The notes under the pieces: model-generated
The model's input: only the letters and a program-made list of their open reading frames with translations
Database searches by the model: none
Told to the model about the DNA's origin: nothing
Assembly (NCBI GenBank): GCA_946965045.2
Contig: OX337236.1
Span: 1,426,001-1,490,000 of the forward strand
Reading direction: 5' to 3'
DNA: 64,000 nucleotides
DNA from: Epithemia pelagica
Lineage: Eukaryota > Protista > Bacillariophyta
Position numbers and translations under genes: made by a program
Shown: positions 1 through 12,654 of the stretch, piece by piece
Layout of the letters: every line of letters begins with the position of its first letter
How positions within the stretch are numbered: the stretch's first letter is position 1

Positions 1-539
1 ATGATTCAAAATCGACTCCAAATCCCCCATTCTCATGAAACAAGTATTCAACATGGGCTTTGGAACACAAGTTAGGATCCCAAAGCCCATTGTCAAACCT
101 CTGACGCATTGTTTCAAAGACTTCTTGAAAACGCAGTTCACTTACAAAGAAGAAACCCAACAATCAGCAAGAAATGAGCTTCGGACGAGACAAAGCGTTT
201 GATTGATGGATAGTAGCCGTGCGAAAGGTAGAGGCGCAATGGCCGAATGGAAAACACAAGATGAGACAAAATGAGATGCCGCCACCATTTTTGTTGCAAA
301 GTGTGTTCGCTCCACACAACCACACAGTAGTTTCTTCATCTCAATCACCCCGCTTGGTCGTGTCTAGTCGTAGGTGTATAAAGCGTCGAGACTTAAGCCT
401 TAGAATTGAAAATTTGTATGTGAACACCACGTCAACGGACGTCGGAGTATATCGCAAGAGGCATAAAACGAAGCCATCCCAAGGCAATATTTGTATTTTA
501 TATATATTCTAGAAAGATCCCGGATGGGCCGGATTTGTA

Positions 540-1170
540 CTATACTATTTGGATTACTCGTATGTGTCACTTTATGGTTCTAAAGTAGTGCGTATTATTG
601 TACATGGGTCTCTGCCGGCGCTCTCGCACCTCCATGGCAAAACTATGAAACGATGGGAATGGTGGATATCCATGATGTCCATGGGTATCCACCATTCCCA
701 TTATTCCGACGCCATTTCTCGAGCTGTGGAGCTTTTCACTCAGAGCCATACCAGCATCCATTAGACCTCAATGCACCCTAAACATCGCCCAAGAGACATA
801 TGGGATTGGGGCATTGTGGCTCTCAGGATATGCTTGGGAAAGTCGTGAAATCATCAAAAAAGCGTTGATATCCACACTTTCCCAAGCATATCCTGAGAGC
901 CACGATGCCCCAATCCCATATGTTTCATGGGGGATCTTGAGGGTCCATTGGGGTCTAACAGATCCTGGTGTGGTTTTGTCTGAGGTCCTTCAAGGCCTGA
1001 GAAAATGGCGTCGGAAAATTTGACTTGTTGGGATTCCCAGTTTCCACAGGAAATCTGTGATTTTGTGAGTATCGTGGGTATCCATGGATATCCATCGGGT
1101 GTACAGAATACTGATGTACACTACTTACGTATTCATAAGTTCTACTGTAGGTACTCTAAGTAGTGTGTCT
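540..1170. repeat. Nested imperfect inverted-repeat (foldback) region centred near 860
   Basis: 48-bp arms 796-843/876-923 with one T:G mismatch; pairing continues imperfectly to 761/958 and 704/1016, and more weakly to ~540/1170. Separate 22-bp hairpin 653-674/680-701 with one T:G mismatch. Confidence 0.85.
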
Positions 1171-1243
1171 TACCTCATCAACGATATCACGATTCGTCTT
1201 CAGCCTCACACACAATTCTCCCAACAATCCAACAAAAACGACG

Positions 1244-2167
1244 ATGAACGCCATTGCTCCAGAGCTGTTTCAGGAACTGGGAGCAAGCATCTTGCGCAAG
1301 AGAATCTCCGAGACGGAGACCTTTCGGCGTCTCTGGGCCAACAAGTTTGGGGCCTCGCCATCCATGTGCAGCATCCTATGGGTTCGTTTGGAGGATGAAC
1401 GAGAGCATGAGATGCCAAACAATCCACAACCCAAGCATCTTTTGTGGGCTCTCATGCTTCTTCGGACCTACGCAGATGAGCCTGATATGGCTAAGGATGC
1501 TGGAGGGGAGGATGGTGGAAGAGTGGACCCCAAGACATTTCGGAAGTGGAGCTGGCATTTTGTCCGTGGGCTTTCGTTTCTCGAACCGCTTGTAATTCGC
1601 TGGGAAAATCGATTCAACAATGACATCTACAACGATTCTACAGTTTCTGTGGATGGAACAGACACGAGGGTTCCCAGTTATCGGCCCTTTTGGAAGGGTT
1701 GGTTTTCGCACAAGTTCAACGGCCCTGGAACTCGTTGGGAGATTGGCCTGTCCATCCGCAGCCGTGACATTGTGTGGGTGCATGGACCCTTCCCTTGCGG
1801 GCGTTGGCCAGATCTTAAAATTTTCCGCCACGCAATGAAGTCTTTCCTACATGACAACGAGAAGGCAGAAGCGGATGATGGATATGTGGGCGAACCTACA
1901 AAAATTCTCACGCCCGAAGTGAACTCGCGGACAGCAGCGGACGTGGAGCTACGACAGTGCGTCCGCAACAGACATGAAACAATCAACAGGCGCCTAAAGG
2001 AATGGAAGTGCATCAAAGAATGCTTAAAGCATTCATTGGACAAGCACTCTGCCATGTTTCGGGCAGTTGCTGTGATTGTTCAGCTTTCTGTCGAAAATGG
2101 AGAACTCACTCTTTTCGACGTTGACTACGATGACAGACATTTTTCGATGCCTGCTGGTTATGCTTAG
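1244..2167 (+). CDS. PIF/Harbinger (DDE_Tnp_4-like) transposase, ~307 aa
   Basis: Motifs VSVDGTD, WFSHKFNGPGTRWEIG, VHGPFPCG.WPDLKIF, EADDGYVG and RHETINRRLKEW; first ATG at 1244 within ORF 1163-2167. Confidence 0.85.
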   Translation: MNAIAPELFQELGASILRKRISETETFRRLWANKFGASPSMCSILWVRLEDEREHEMPNNPQPKHLLWALMLLRTYADEPDMAKDAGGEDGGRVDPKTFRKWSWHFVRGLSFLEPLVIRWENRFNNDIYNDSTVSVDGTDTRVPSYRPFWKGWFSHKFNGPGTRWEIGLSIRSRDIVWVHGPFPCGRWPDLKIFRHAMKSFLHDNEKAEADDGYVGEPTKILTPEVNSRTAADVELRQCVRNRHETINRRLKEWKCIKECLKHSLDKHSAMFRAVAVIVQLSVENGELTLFDVDYDDRHFSMPAGYA

Positions 2168-2548
2168 GAGTAATAATACCTTCATACTATCCAATATCCA
2201 ATCGCCCTACTCCCCATAACACACGCCTAAGATACAGCCATACAATGACTCATAGTAACTTGTGTAGGAAAGACAGACACTTTGAATGACAGCAAGCTAA
2301 CTATCGTCTATATTCTAGTGCAGACAAAAACGAATACCACTGCCCATGATATGCCCTTTAAACGAGCAATCTTGTCTTCACTTGAACCATGAGGGAAGAA
2401 TTATGCCATCCACCCAGTATGGTCTCTCCTCTCTCCGCCTCCCAGATCCCAGAGGGACCAGATGGACTCATGTGGTTTTGTTGCTTTGGTGGCTCACAAA
2501 ACGCCGACTCCCAAACCGCAAGAGGAACGCAGCAAACAATCAAACAAC

Positions 2549-3478
2549 ATGGCAAAGAAATCTACAAAGGCTTTTAATTGGAAGGGGGAGCAAGGCGAAT
2601 ACATTCGCAAGCAGATTAGTGAAGGCAAGATGCCTCCTAATCCCTCCCGAGAACAGTACAAGGCAGTCTACGAAGCTTCGGAAGGAGAGGTGCTGAAGTT
2701 CCAGAACTTCAACTCCTCGTGGAAGAACGCCCAATGCAACCTGAAAGCTGCTGAGGATGTGGCTCTCTCAACGGGAGCCCGGCGTGGAGAGGCAGAGCAT
2801 GTTGGGTTTATGTCTCCGGGGGGTGGATTGATGGGTCAAGCTGGTCATGCCACTGCATTCTTTGGTTCTGCCACTCCTGGTGGTGCAAGTGTCAGCATGA
2901 AAACACCACGCTCTGCAAAGACAGGGGGGACAAAGAAGGGTAAGATGCATGCCAGTGGAGACCTCTACTGGCCAACGATGAACTCTTATTGGCATGACAA
3001 GGACAAGAATCTTCGCCTTTGCTTCTTCATTCTTCTTCCATCGGGAACACGGGCGGAGGATATGTCAGTTTCCATTGCTCCTGGTGGTATGAAGATTCGG
3101 ATCGTCCACAAATGGCCCGAGTATCTTTTCGACCCTCAGCGGCTTTTCGAGGGCCAGTTGGATCGTGGTGGTGGCGTCGCTTCTAATGCTTCAAGTGCCA
3201 AAGCTGCTGGCATCGTTGAAACAAAAGAGAAACTCAAACAGGATGACAGTAAAGTCGTCACCACCAACCTAACAATCCACCTAGAGAAGAAGGTCGAGAA
3301 TAACATGATTGACATCAAAGGTGATGTTGTGTCTCGGCCCATGTTATACAAGCTCGATGGGGATGGGCCCAGTGGGGCTGCCTTACCTACACTTGTCATG
3401 CTCATTTCTTGCATGGTTGAGCGTGCAACTGAAGGATATGGTGGTGACAATGATGACGACGTTCAAGACTATGAGTAG
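2549..3478 (+). CDS. Transposon partner protein (ORF2): helical N-terminus and possible HSP20/alpha-crystallin-like C-terminal fold
   Basis: ORF 2462-3478; ATG in ACAACATGG context at 2549. Directly downstream of the transposase; beta-strand-like segment LCFFILLPSG..DMSVSIAPGGMKIRIVHKWP. Confidence 0.6.
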   Translation: MAKKSTKAFNWKGEQGEYIRKQISEGKMPPNPSREQYKAVYEASEGEVLKFQNFNSSWKNAQCNLKAAEDVALSTGARRGEAEHVGFMSPGGGLMGQAGHATAFFGSATPGGASVSMKTPRSAKTGGTKKGKMHASGDLYWPTMNSYWHDKDKNLRLCFFILLPSGTRAEDMSVSIAPGGMKIRIVHKWPEYLFDPQRLFEGQLDRGGGVASNASSAKAAGIVETKEKLKQDDSKVVTTNLTIHLEKKVENNMIDIKGDVVSRPMLYKLDGDGPSGAALPTLVMLISCMVERATEGYGGDNDDDVQDYE

Positions 3479-3857
3479 AGAGCCTATAGCATAATTGATG
3501 GTTTAAGAAGCTTTCCTCTAGTAACAACCCATGCGCTTTTGTCTAGGTATCTAGTAATATCCATGACATCTTATTTCCCCTAGCTTCAGACGATGGTTCC
3601 GCGCCACGCTCTTGACATGAGCGCGGGAAACGGAGGTGCCGGCGATTCCCTCCGCGGCCACATTTTTTGTCATTTTTTCTTCTACACATCGCAGTGAAAC
3701 CGTGACGATACCCAAATATAGAAACACATTCATTGAAAGTAGATCGATCTCCGACAGCTACAAGCCCCATCATAGAGCGTTTCGCAACCATCCATCATAG
3801 CTTCTGGATTGGAACGTCCAGGTACAATTTGATTGTCCTGCTTCAAAGCGCGGTACA

Positions 3858-6800
3858 ATGTCATCATTTCCACAAGGTGAAACTGGAGGAAGATCGTCGC
3901 GAGGAGCGTCACGATATCAACGTCAATTTGGGAACTTTCGAAGTCTCCGACAGAGGGGACAACTCAATCTAAAAAATGAGGATGATGATGGTCCCAAGAG
4001 TAAAGCGGCTTTCGCAGCACAGATGCGTCGGGCCAAACAAGTCAAGGGCAATGCTCTTGATAGAAATGTGATGAGGGTCGAAGAGTTCATGCCATCATCT
4101 TCGTCCACTGGAGCGCCTGATTCCAATGCTTCACTTTCCAGTAAACAGAAATCCCGACGAGGATGGCTCTACAATGTTCTGCCCACAACTGTAAGAAAAA
4201 AACCTCTGCGCATACATGTTGAAGTTTGTTCAAGTCGCTTGAGTTCATGAGAAACTTACTCTCTTCCGTTTCCCCTCTCTTCAAACTGTAGGTAACATGG
4301 TCAGATGAACGGGGTGGGAGTGCTGAACGTGCTGGTGTGGATCTTTACTTTTGCAGCAATGGAAATGCTGCGTCGAACAACAGGTCCTCAAGCCAATGTT
4401 TCAAAACCACACTGCTGTATCGCCCCTACTTTTACCTGCTCCCTCAAATCAACCCTCATACCAACTCTTCTACCAGTGCCAGTAGCGATGAAAGCACCGA
4501 CTTGGCCATGGAATTAGTCCGAACCGCCTTGTTGCGTGTTTATGAAGAACGAGGGTTACACTCGGTGGAAATCGTCTACCGCATGGATTTGGACGAGCCA
4601 AATCATTTGAGTCCTCAACGGACAAAAGGAAGACCTATCTTTAAGCTTGTCTTTGATACTGTTTCTCAACTCATGGATGTACGCGAAGCAGTACTCCGAG
4701 AGCATGTTAAGCCAAATCAAAAGAAGAAAGGAAGCTCTGGCCAAGCCCTCGCAGACCTAGGAATGGACTTCCAAAATAGCTTTGGACGCGATACCACGAC
4801 TGGTGCGAGAATTTCCTCTGCCACTGGAGGTTTGGAAGACAATCCTCTGTCAAGTTTAATTGATATTCGTGAGTATGATGTTCCATATGTCGTGCGAGTC
4901 TGTACGGACATGGACATTCGGTGTGGGACATGGTATACCGTTGTTTTGGACAATGACGATGTCCAACTTACGGAACCCGATCGTGAAAGCAAAGCTTGTC
5001 CCATCACGCTTGCCTTCGACATTGAGTGTACAAAGGCGCCACTAAAGTTCCCGTCTGCCGAAGTGGATCAAATCTTTATGATCTCGTACATGGTCACTTC
5101 GGGAGATAATTCTAGCCAGGGATACCTTATCGTGAGCCGAAGCATTGTTTCACAAGATATTGAGGATTTCGAATACACACCTAAACCAAACTACCCCGGA
5201 CCCTTCAAGATTTTCAACGAGCCCGACGAAAGAACACTTCTTCAACGTTTCTTTTCAGAGTATCGGCGCCACGGGCCCCAAATAGTGGTAACATACAACG
5301 GTGACTTTTTCGATTGGCCATTTGTCGAGGCTCGGGCAAAGGTACACGGTATGGATTTATGGGAAGAGACTGGTGGCGTTGCCGTGGACACTGCTTCATC
5401 GCAGTACCGCGGTCGCTCGACCGTTCATCTTGATGCCTTTCATTGGGTGCAACGCGATTCTTACTTGCCGCAAGGGTCTCAAGGCCTCAAGGCGGTCACA
5501 CGAGAAAAGTTAAGCTACGATCCCGTTGAAGTAGATCCAGAAGATATGCTCCCTTTTGCACAGGAAAGACCTGTACACATGGCCACCTATTCTGTGTCGG
5601 ATGCCGTCGCCACATGGTACCTATACGAAAAGTATGTGCACCTTTTCATCTTTAGCTTATCTACCATCATCCCGATGGGGCCCGAAGATGTTTTGTCGAA
5701 AGGAAGTGGTACCCTTTGTGAAACGTTGCTTATGGTTCAGGCCTTCAAAGGTTCCATTATTTGTCCAAATAAACAGACGGAAAAGTTGGAGCAATTTCAT
5801 AAGGGACACCTGCTAGAAAGTGAAACGTACATTGGTGGAAAGGTGGAGTGTCTCGAAGCTGGTGTTTATCGAGCAGATATCGAGTACGACTTTAATCTCA
5901 AGCCAAGCGCCTTTGACGAATTGATTCAAAACATTGATCGCGACTTGGTTTTCGCGATCGAGGTTGAAGGCAAGAAGAAAAAAGAGGACATGCTAAACTA
6001 CAATGAAGTTCGTCAGGAAATTATTTCCAAGCTTGAGCTTCTTCGAGACCGCCCTGTTCGCCGTGAAAAACCCTTCATCTACCATTTGGACGTAGGTGCT
6101 ATGTACCCAAACATTATTCTGACGAACCGATTGCAGCCCAGTGCAATTGTGGATGATGCTACGTGCGCTGCCTGTGACTATAATAGGTCCAAGAACAACT
6201 GTAAACGACGCATGAAATGGATATGGAGAGGTGACTATAACCCTGCGTCCCGACAAGAGTACGAGCAAATGAAAGAACAGTTGACTCGTGAACCAGCACG
6301 AGACGACCTTACATTCGGCCGACTACCTGAAAAAGAACAATCTGAGCTTGTGGCTGAGCGCCTGAAAACATACAGCCGCAAGGCCTACATGAAAACGAAA
6401 ATAACACAGGAAGAGGATCGAGAAGATACTGTCTGCATGAGGGAAAATGATTTCTATGTTAGTACGGTTCGAACCTTTCGAGATCGCCGTTACGTGTTCA
6501 AGGGGTTAAAAAAACAATGGGGGAAAAAATCGTCGGGTGCCAAGGATCCGGCGGAAAAGAAGCACTGCGAAGACAAGGTTTTGGTGTATGATTCCCTTCA
6601 AGTTGCCCATAAGTGCATTCTCAACAGTTTCTACGGCTATGTGATGCGTAAGGGTGCTCGATGGCGCTCGATGCCGATGGGAGGTATTGTAACCAAAACA
6701 GGGGCTGATATTATTACACAGGCTCGCATTTTGGTGGAACAGATTGGTCGTCCTTTGGAACTTGATACCGATGGTATATGGTGCATTCTTCCGAAAAGCT

Positions 6801-9800
6801 TCCCTGATGTTGTCAAAATGAAAGCCCGTGACGGTTCCAGCCTGAAGATCGAATACCCATGTGTCATGTTGAATGCAGATGTGAACGCCAAGTTTACAAA
6901 CCACCAATACCAGGAACTCAAGGACGCGACAACCGGATCTTACGAGACAAAAAGTGAGTGCTCCATCTTTTTCGAAGTGGATGGTCCGTACCGTTGTATG
7001 GTTTTGCCAGCGAGTACTGAAGAGGGCAAACTTCTGAAAAAGCGATATGCTGTATTCAACTTTGACGGCTCTCTCGCCGAGTTAAAAGGTTTTGAATTAA
7101 AACGTAGAGGTGAACTTGAACTCATTAAAACCTTCCAATCAGAGGTGTTTGATCGATTTCTTGAAGGAGACAACCTTAAAGAATGCTACACGGCTGTGGC
7201 CGAGGTGGCAAACTATTGGATTGACGTACTCGATACGCGTGGAGAAACATTGGACGACGACGAGTTAGTGGGTCTCATCAGCGAGAATCGAAGCATGAGT
7301 CGCCAATTGGAAGAATACGGTGACCAGAAAGGAACTTCACAGACAACCGCACGGAGACTTGGTGAGTTTCTGGGTGCTGACTTCATCAAGGATAAGGGGC
7401 TCAACTGTAAATTTATTATCGCCGAGCAACCCTTTGGAGCGCCTGTGACAGAACGGGCGATCCCCACAGCCATTTGGAAAGCCGAGCCGTCCATTATGAA
7501 ACATTTCCTCAGAAAATGGCTCAAATCACCAGGACTTGAAGGAGATGCTCTTGATATCCGAAATGTACTAGATTGGGACTACTACCTTGAACGCCTGGGC
7601 AATACCGTTCGCAAGATTATTACAATTCCGGCGGCCCTTCAAAGGGTCGATAATCCTGTATCACGGGTTGAGCATCCATCGTGGCTTAACAGCAAGGTCA
7701 AAAAGATGAAGGACACCCTCAAACAAAGCGACATTAGGTCCATGTTCGGACGAATCCAGTCATATGAAGGCACCTCCAACGCAATCACGAAGCCTTCTGC
7801 TATGGTTGTCGACATGGAAGATATTGGGAATCCTCAACAAGCCATTGGAAAGCGACCTCTTGTCCATTATTCGAAGAGCCACCGAAGAAACTCAGACAAG
7901 GATACTCCGTTGTCTGAAGAAACAAAGAGAAGGATGGACTTGCACAAAGACAATTTTCAAGATTGGCTCAAGCAGAGGAAAAATCAGTGGCGGAAATCGC
8001 GGCATGACAGAGCAAAATCTTCGGGTAAAGGAATTGGGCAAGAAAAGCGCCCGCGAACTACTACATTGGAGGGGTTTGTTCGAGAAGCTGCGATGACCCT
8101 GGAACAAAACGAATGGCATATCCTGGAAATTCGCGATATGTCAGGGTATGACGGAGTCGGTTCTTCATCGGGAGATTTCAGCGTACTTGCTATGGTCGGG
8201 AAAAACACGTTGCAAAAGGCAACTATCTCCGTCCCTCGTACAGTATTTATTTCAGCAAAGGCTGAGCTAACGACTGAGGCGAACTCCCCATTTGAGGATT
8301 TCAAACGTGTTGAACGGATCTTGCCTGAAGGACAAGTTCCATCATTCCTCTACCAAATCTCAATGCCTGAGCATGTTTTCCGCCGAACAAACTGGTTAAC
8401 CCACATAAAGCCATCCTCTCAAGGGAATGGACGATTGGAAGATGTCGTTGAGAAGATGTTCGAGTCAGGTGTTCCATTGAAAGCTGTCGCAATGGCAGAG
8501 CTAGGGTCCGTGGCTCGTTTGAAGACATCGAACACCACACGCAAGAAGTACGTCCTTTCGGATTTTGCACGAGTTGAGAAACCAAGTGAGGGTGAATACT
8601 TGCCTGCCTCGATATCCTACAGAAGATTTTTCCTTTATGTTCGAATTCACCCACGGTCGAAGACTGGCATCGTGGCTTTGCTCACAATCAATGGAGGAAG
8701 TGGATCCTTTTCTTCGAGTCAGAAGAGTGAAGACGACACAATTATTCCCAATCATGTCGACATAACTAGACCAGCTAACTCAGGACACACGAACATCTTC
8801 GACATTGGAGGTGACTGCCGCATTTGGATTGTGAAACCAAAACAAAGAAATTCACAGCGTTCTCTTTCTGTCAAGCAATGTGAGGGGGCGTATAAGACCT
8901 TGATTCGAACTATCTGCGAATCCGCACAAGACACCGACTATGCTGCCATTTCTCAATCCAGCGATGTCGGAATCTCCTCTTTGAACTTCGTCGCTACAGA
9001 AGAACTGGCCTTAGCGGCAGCGAATGAGGTGATCAACAATGCAAGCAGATCTGGAAGCGGAGCATCCATGCTTCTTGTCAATACAAGTAAACCAATGGAA
9101 AGTCTGCGGAGGTTTGTTTCCACCATTGGTTCTCTCCCAACCATCGATATACCGTTTCCTCCGGGTCGGGCTCATGATCCATTTTCATCGAGTCTTCCTC
9201 CGCTCCATTGGGAAGAACCCGCAGTTAGGCTGTGCATGGAAGCCTACTTACATATGATGGTGGTTTCATTTCCAAAGAAGATGTCTTACGCCAGATATGG
9301 GCAAATTCCGTTGGGCTGCATTTCTGCCGACGAAAACTTCTCGCTGTTTGAGACATCCATGACTCGTATTCTTCGACGTAGCAGGGGCATCTCGTGGGCA
9401 AGCACCTTTACCGGGAAACCGGACGTCGGCGTCGACGTCCGATCCTGTGTCAAACGTGGTTTTGGGTGTTCTGAACTTTCTAGTCAACAGCATTCCTTTT
9501 CGCAAGATGAAATATGGGGAGACGACGACGCACTATTGAGTCCAGTTGTTCGGCGTCCAGGTTGCTATCGCGCCATCTGTGTGGATCTGGATGTTCATGA
9601 TTTGGCGATTGCAGCGTTGACATCGTCGATTTATGGTGATGGCCCGATAACTGCGGAACAGAGACACGCCACATCCCCAACCAGCGTAGCCCTTTTCAAT
9701 CCTATGTTCGGTCAGAAAGGTGCACCATTGGGCGATGAAATGTCCACTAAGTTTTCAATCTCCATGCTCAAGACGCTTGTGACGTCCTGGATCCGCGACG

Positions 9801-11095
9801 TTTTCAATTCGGAGAGCTTTGTGGCTGATGAAATTCTGCGTCACATATATCGTATAGTGTCAAGTCAAGACACATTGTACCATGATCCAGCTTTGCATCG
9901 AGTTCTTCATTCGCTGATGAAGTCTACTTTTACGCGGCTCCTTACGAAACTTCAAAGCCTTGGATGTTCAGTTGTTCATGCTACATTCCAGAAAATCACA
10001 ATCGCTACTAACAAGATCAGTCTATCTGATGCTGAAGAACACATTGACTTTATTGTAAAAACTATTCAAGGGGGTTCAGACTCTGAAGATAATGACGTTT
10101 TGTCACGAGTCTCGTTGAGACCCCGACAATTTCATACGCATTTTCTTTTCTTGGACGAATACAATTTTGGAACTTTACATCTGGACCGGGTTGCTCTGAG
10201 TGAAGTAGATCAAGAGCAAACTAAATTTGTCCGCGATCATGGCAACGACAAGTATGTCGTAGTGCCCTCTGTTGTAACGGCTTGGAGCTTAATGAGCTAT
10301 CTAGGAACAGAGACAGCTCAAGAGTACTTCAAAGCAATCATGGGTCGATTCTCGATGGATCCATTCCTCAAACAGGTCGAACTCAGCAGTAAGGATGGAT
10401 TGTTGTTGTTTGGGGCTGGAAAGGCTTTCAGTGAGCTGCAAACGTTCATCAAATTGATGATTTCAACCAATTTTGCGGAATATTTAACTCGTGCAGTTGG
10501 AGAGATCTACCGTGATGGTGTGGAAGACAATAGTGCACCTGGTCCTGAGGCAGCATTGGCATTCATCTCCAGCATTATCGCTGTTTTGGAGGTCGACTCT
10601 GACATTGAAAATGAAGTTCAGGCTCTAAAGAGAAGCTTGCTTTCTCAGGTGGGAGTGGCCGAGTACGCTGTCAGATGGGAGAATCCTTGTCCCGTTTTCA
10701 TGCTCCCGGATGTCTTTTGTGAAGAATGTTCAGAAAGTCGAGACGTGAACCTTTGTTTCACCCCTCCAGGATACGAGGAAGAAGATTCGGGGTCTTCTTG
10801 GGTATGCGCTGATTGTGGGACGCCATATAATTCAAATATTATTGAACACCGTCTAATTAACATCCTTCACCGGAAGTTGGTTCGGTACCAGGTACAAGAT
10901 TTGCGGTGCTCCAAGACACAGCGAATCCCACATCGGTCTTTGGTATCGCTTTCGGATTGCGCGGCGCCGCTTAAGACCGACATTAGTCGGGAATTCATGG
11001 AATCAGAAATCGGCCTCCTGCTTGGTTTAGCCGAAACACACTCTTTGGAACATTTGAAAGAAAGTTCAGAAGAAATCCTCTCAGCTTTCCGATGA
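3858..11095 (+). CDS. POLE: DNA polymerase epsilon catalytic subunit; exons 3858-4190 and 4292-11095 (~2378 aa)
   Basis: RRGWLYNVLPT in exon 1; GT-AG intron 4191-4291 keeps the frame. Exonuclease motifs AFDIECTK and YNGDFFDWPF; polymerase motifs LDVGAMYPNIILTNRLQP, KCILNSFYGY and ELDTDG; C-terminal Cys motifs. Confidence 0.97.
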
Positions 11096-11462
11096 AAAAT
11101 CAAACGTTCATTTCCAAGGGAAGAATGGAGGGAGATAAACCGTTCCACATTGGATTGAAGGCTGTAAAATGTAAAAAGTAAAAAGGCATTGTTTTGAGAT
11201 TCCCGTTTTCTATTTTACTCTCCCTTCAGATTTAGATGGGAAATGAGTCTGAATATAACAGTCGCGAAAAGAAGTCTCGAGAACCGTTCTGCTTTTGATG
11301 GCAATGGTGAGTGGTGAGCCTTGAATGGATCATAGGATATCCAATAAAAGTTAATCATTTGAATTGCTCTCTTCTGGCTCGAAATGGAAAGTCATGCCCT
11401 TCTGAAACTCTCATTTGCGTCGAGGACGGGAATTTCCGGGTATTTAAAAAGGTTCCCCTGAC

Positions 11463-11486
11463 TGTACATGTACATGTACATGTACA
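11463..11486. repeat. (TGTACA)4 microsatellite with a palindromic unit, just upstream of the TruA ATG
   Basis: Read directly from the sequence. Confidence 0.9.
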
Positions 11487-11493
11487 GAGCCAA

Positions 11494-12654
11494 ATGTCTA
11501 TTCGTCGGCTTCACAAATACACGCGTTATGCTCTGAGTGTCCAATACAATGGGTCATCCTTCCTCGGAGTCTCCCATAATCCGGGCACTGAGAACATGAT
11601 TCTACCCTCAGGGCATGACTTTCGCGGTCTGTACTCCGTCGAGGGCACATTACGTGTGGCGCTAAACTCTCTATTAAATGGAGGCGACAACGAAGACAAT
11701 GCCGATGTGACCTCGAAACAGGATGAATTCCCATGTTTTGAAAATCTCAGAGTGAGCAGTCGCACAGATCGAGGAGTTCATGCTCTACACAATACTCTAC
11801 ATGTCGATATTCGTCCTCAAAAAGTTTTTAATGAACGAAATCGAGGACAAGAACAGCCGTGGGGAGTGAAATCTCTGCTTCATGGTCTAAACTTTCATCT
11901 CAGACGGCAAGTCACGGAGTATAATGGTCGATCTGGGAATGATATGGCCTCCAATCACCTACGCGTACTGAATGTGAAACTGGCTCCAGACTCAATGCCA
12001 AATCGGTTCTACGATTCCAGTAGATGCCTCGATGAAAACGATCCTTTGTCGATTCCAACTATAGATTGGAATGCTCGGTACTCTGCGACAGATCGAACCT
12101 ATGCTTACCGGATTTTGATGGGAGGCAATCAGATCGACCATGGCAACAAAGTCCATTTGAATTGGAGTGTCCCTTTTGAGCACGACAGATCTTGGCACAT
12201 TGCAGGAGAATTGGATGTTTCGCAAATGCGTCAAGCGGCTGTTCATCTTACTGGCACACACGACTTTTCAACCTTTCGGAGCTTGAAGTGCCAGCGCCAC
12301 TCCCCGGTGGTTACCTTGTACACAGTTGAAATCCATTCACAACCCTGGTCGATCCTATCGCCACCACAATTACTGCAACAAAACGGACTCGATGAAGGCA
12401 GCTGCCTCAGTCCTTATTCCTACTATGGGAATGATTTGCAGATTGTTACAGTCCTGGTTCGAGGTAATGCATTTTTGTATAGAATGGTACGAAACATTGT
12501 GACATGCCTGGTGGCTGTGGGCAAGGGGCAACTTACACCCGGAGATGTACGGGATCTTTTGGAGGCGCGGAAACGTTCGGAACTTCAACACAACATGGCA
12601 CCGCCGAATGGTCTCTTTCTCGTTCAAGTTCGACATGGTGACTTTTTCATCTGA
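11494..12654 (+). CDS. truA: tRNA pseudouridine synthase, TruA family
   Basis: YALSVQYNGSSF, catalytic SSRTDRGVHA, WNARYSATDRTYAY, HLTGTHDFSTF, GNAFLYRMVRNIV and APPNGLFL. ATG at 11494 (the ORF-track start is GTG). Confidence 0.92.
   Translation: MSIRRLHKYTRYALSVQYNGSSFLGVSHNPGTENMILPSGHDFRGLYSVEGTLRVALNSLLNGGDNEDNADVTSKQDEFPCFENLRVSSRTDRGVHALHNTLHVDIRPQKVFNERNRGQEQPWGVKSLLHGLNFHLRRQVTEYNGRSGNDMASNHLRVLNVKLAPDSMPNRFYDSSRCLDENDPLSIPTIDWNARYSATDRTYAYRILMGGNQIDHGNKVHLNWSVPFEHDRSWHIAGELDVSQMRQAAVHLTGTHDFSTFRSLKCQRHSPVVTLYTVEIHSQPWSILSPPQLLQQNGLDEGSCLSPYSYYGNDLQIVTVLVRGNAFLYRMVRNIVTCLVAVGKGQLTPGDVRDLLEARKRSELQHNMAPPNGLFLVQVRHGDFFI

Larger units (their letters stand above)
540..3580 (+). mobile_element. 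PIF/Harbinger-like (IS5-superfamily) DNA transposon with two ORFs; ends not resolved
   Basis: DDE transposase plus a second ORF in tandem, intergenic. ATCCATG-type motifs occur near both putative ends (667, 1079-1095, 3559). No matching TIR/TSD pair found, so the boundaries are approximate. Confidence 0.55.

Noticed and set aside
52-92. 11-bp inverted repeat ATGGGCTTTGG/CCAAAGCCCAT
   Set aside because: About what chance gives in 64 kb, and it lies in a possible coding frame.
1-160. Open - strand frame running off the window start (ELRFQEVFETMRQRFDNGLWDP...)
   Set aside because: May be an exon of a neighbouring gene, but it is too short, has no recognisable motif and has no clear start or canonical acceptor.
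500-3600. TIR/TSD pair for the Harbinger-like element
   Set aside because: Compared both flanks by eye and found no convincing match; ends left undefined.
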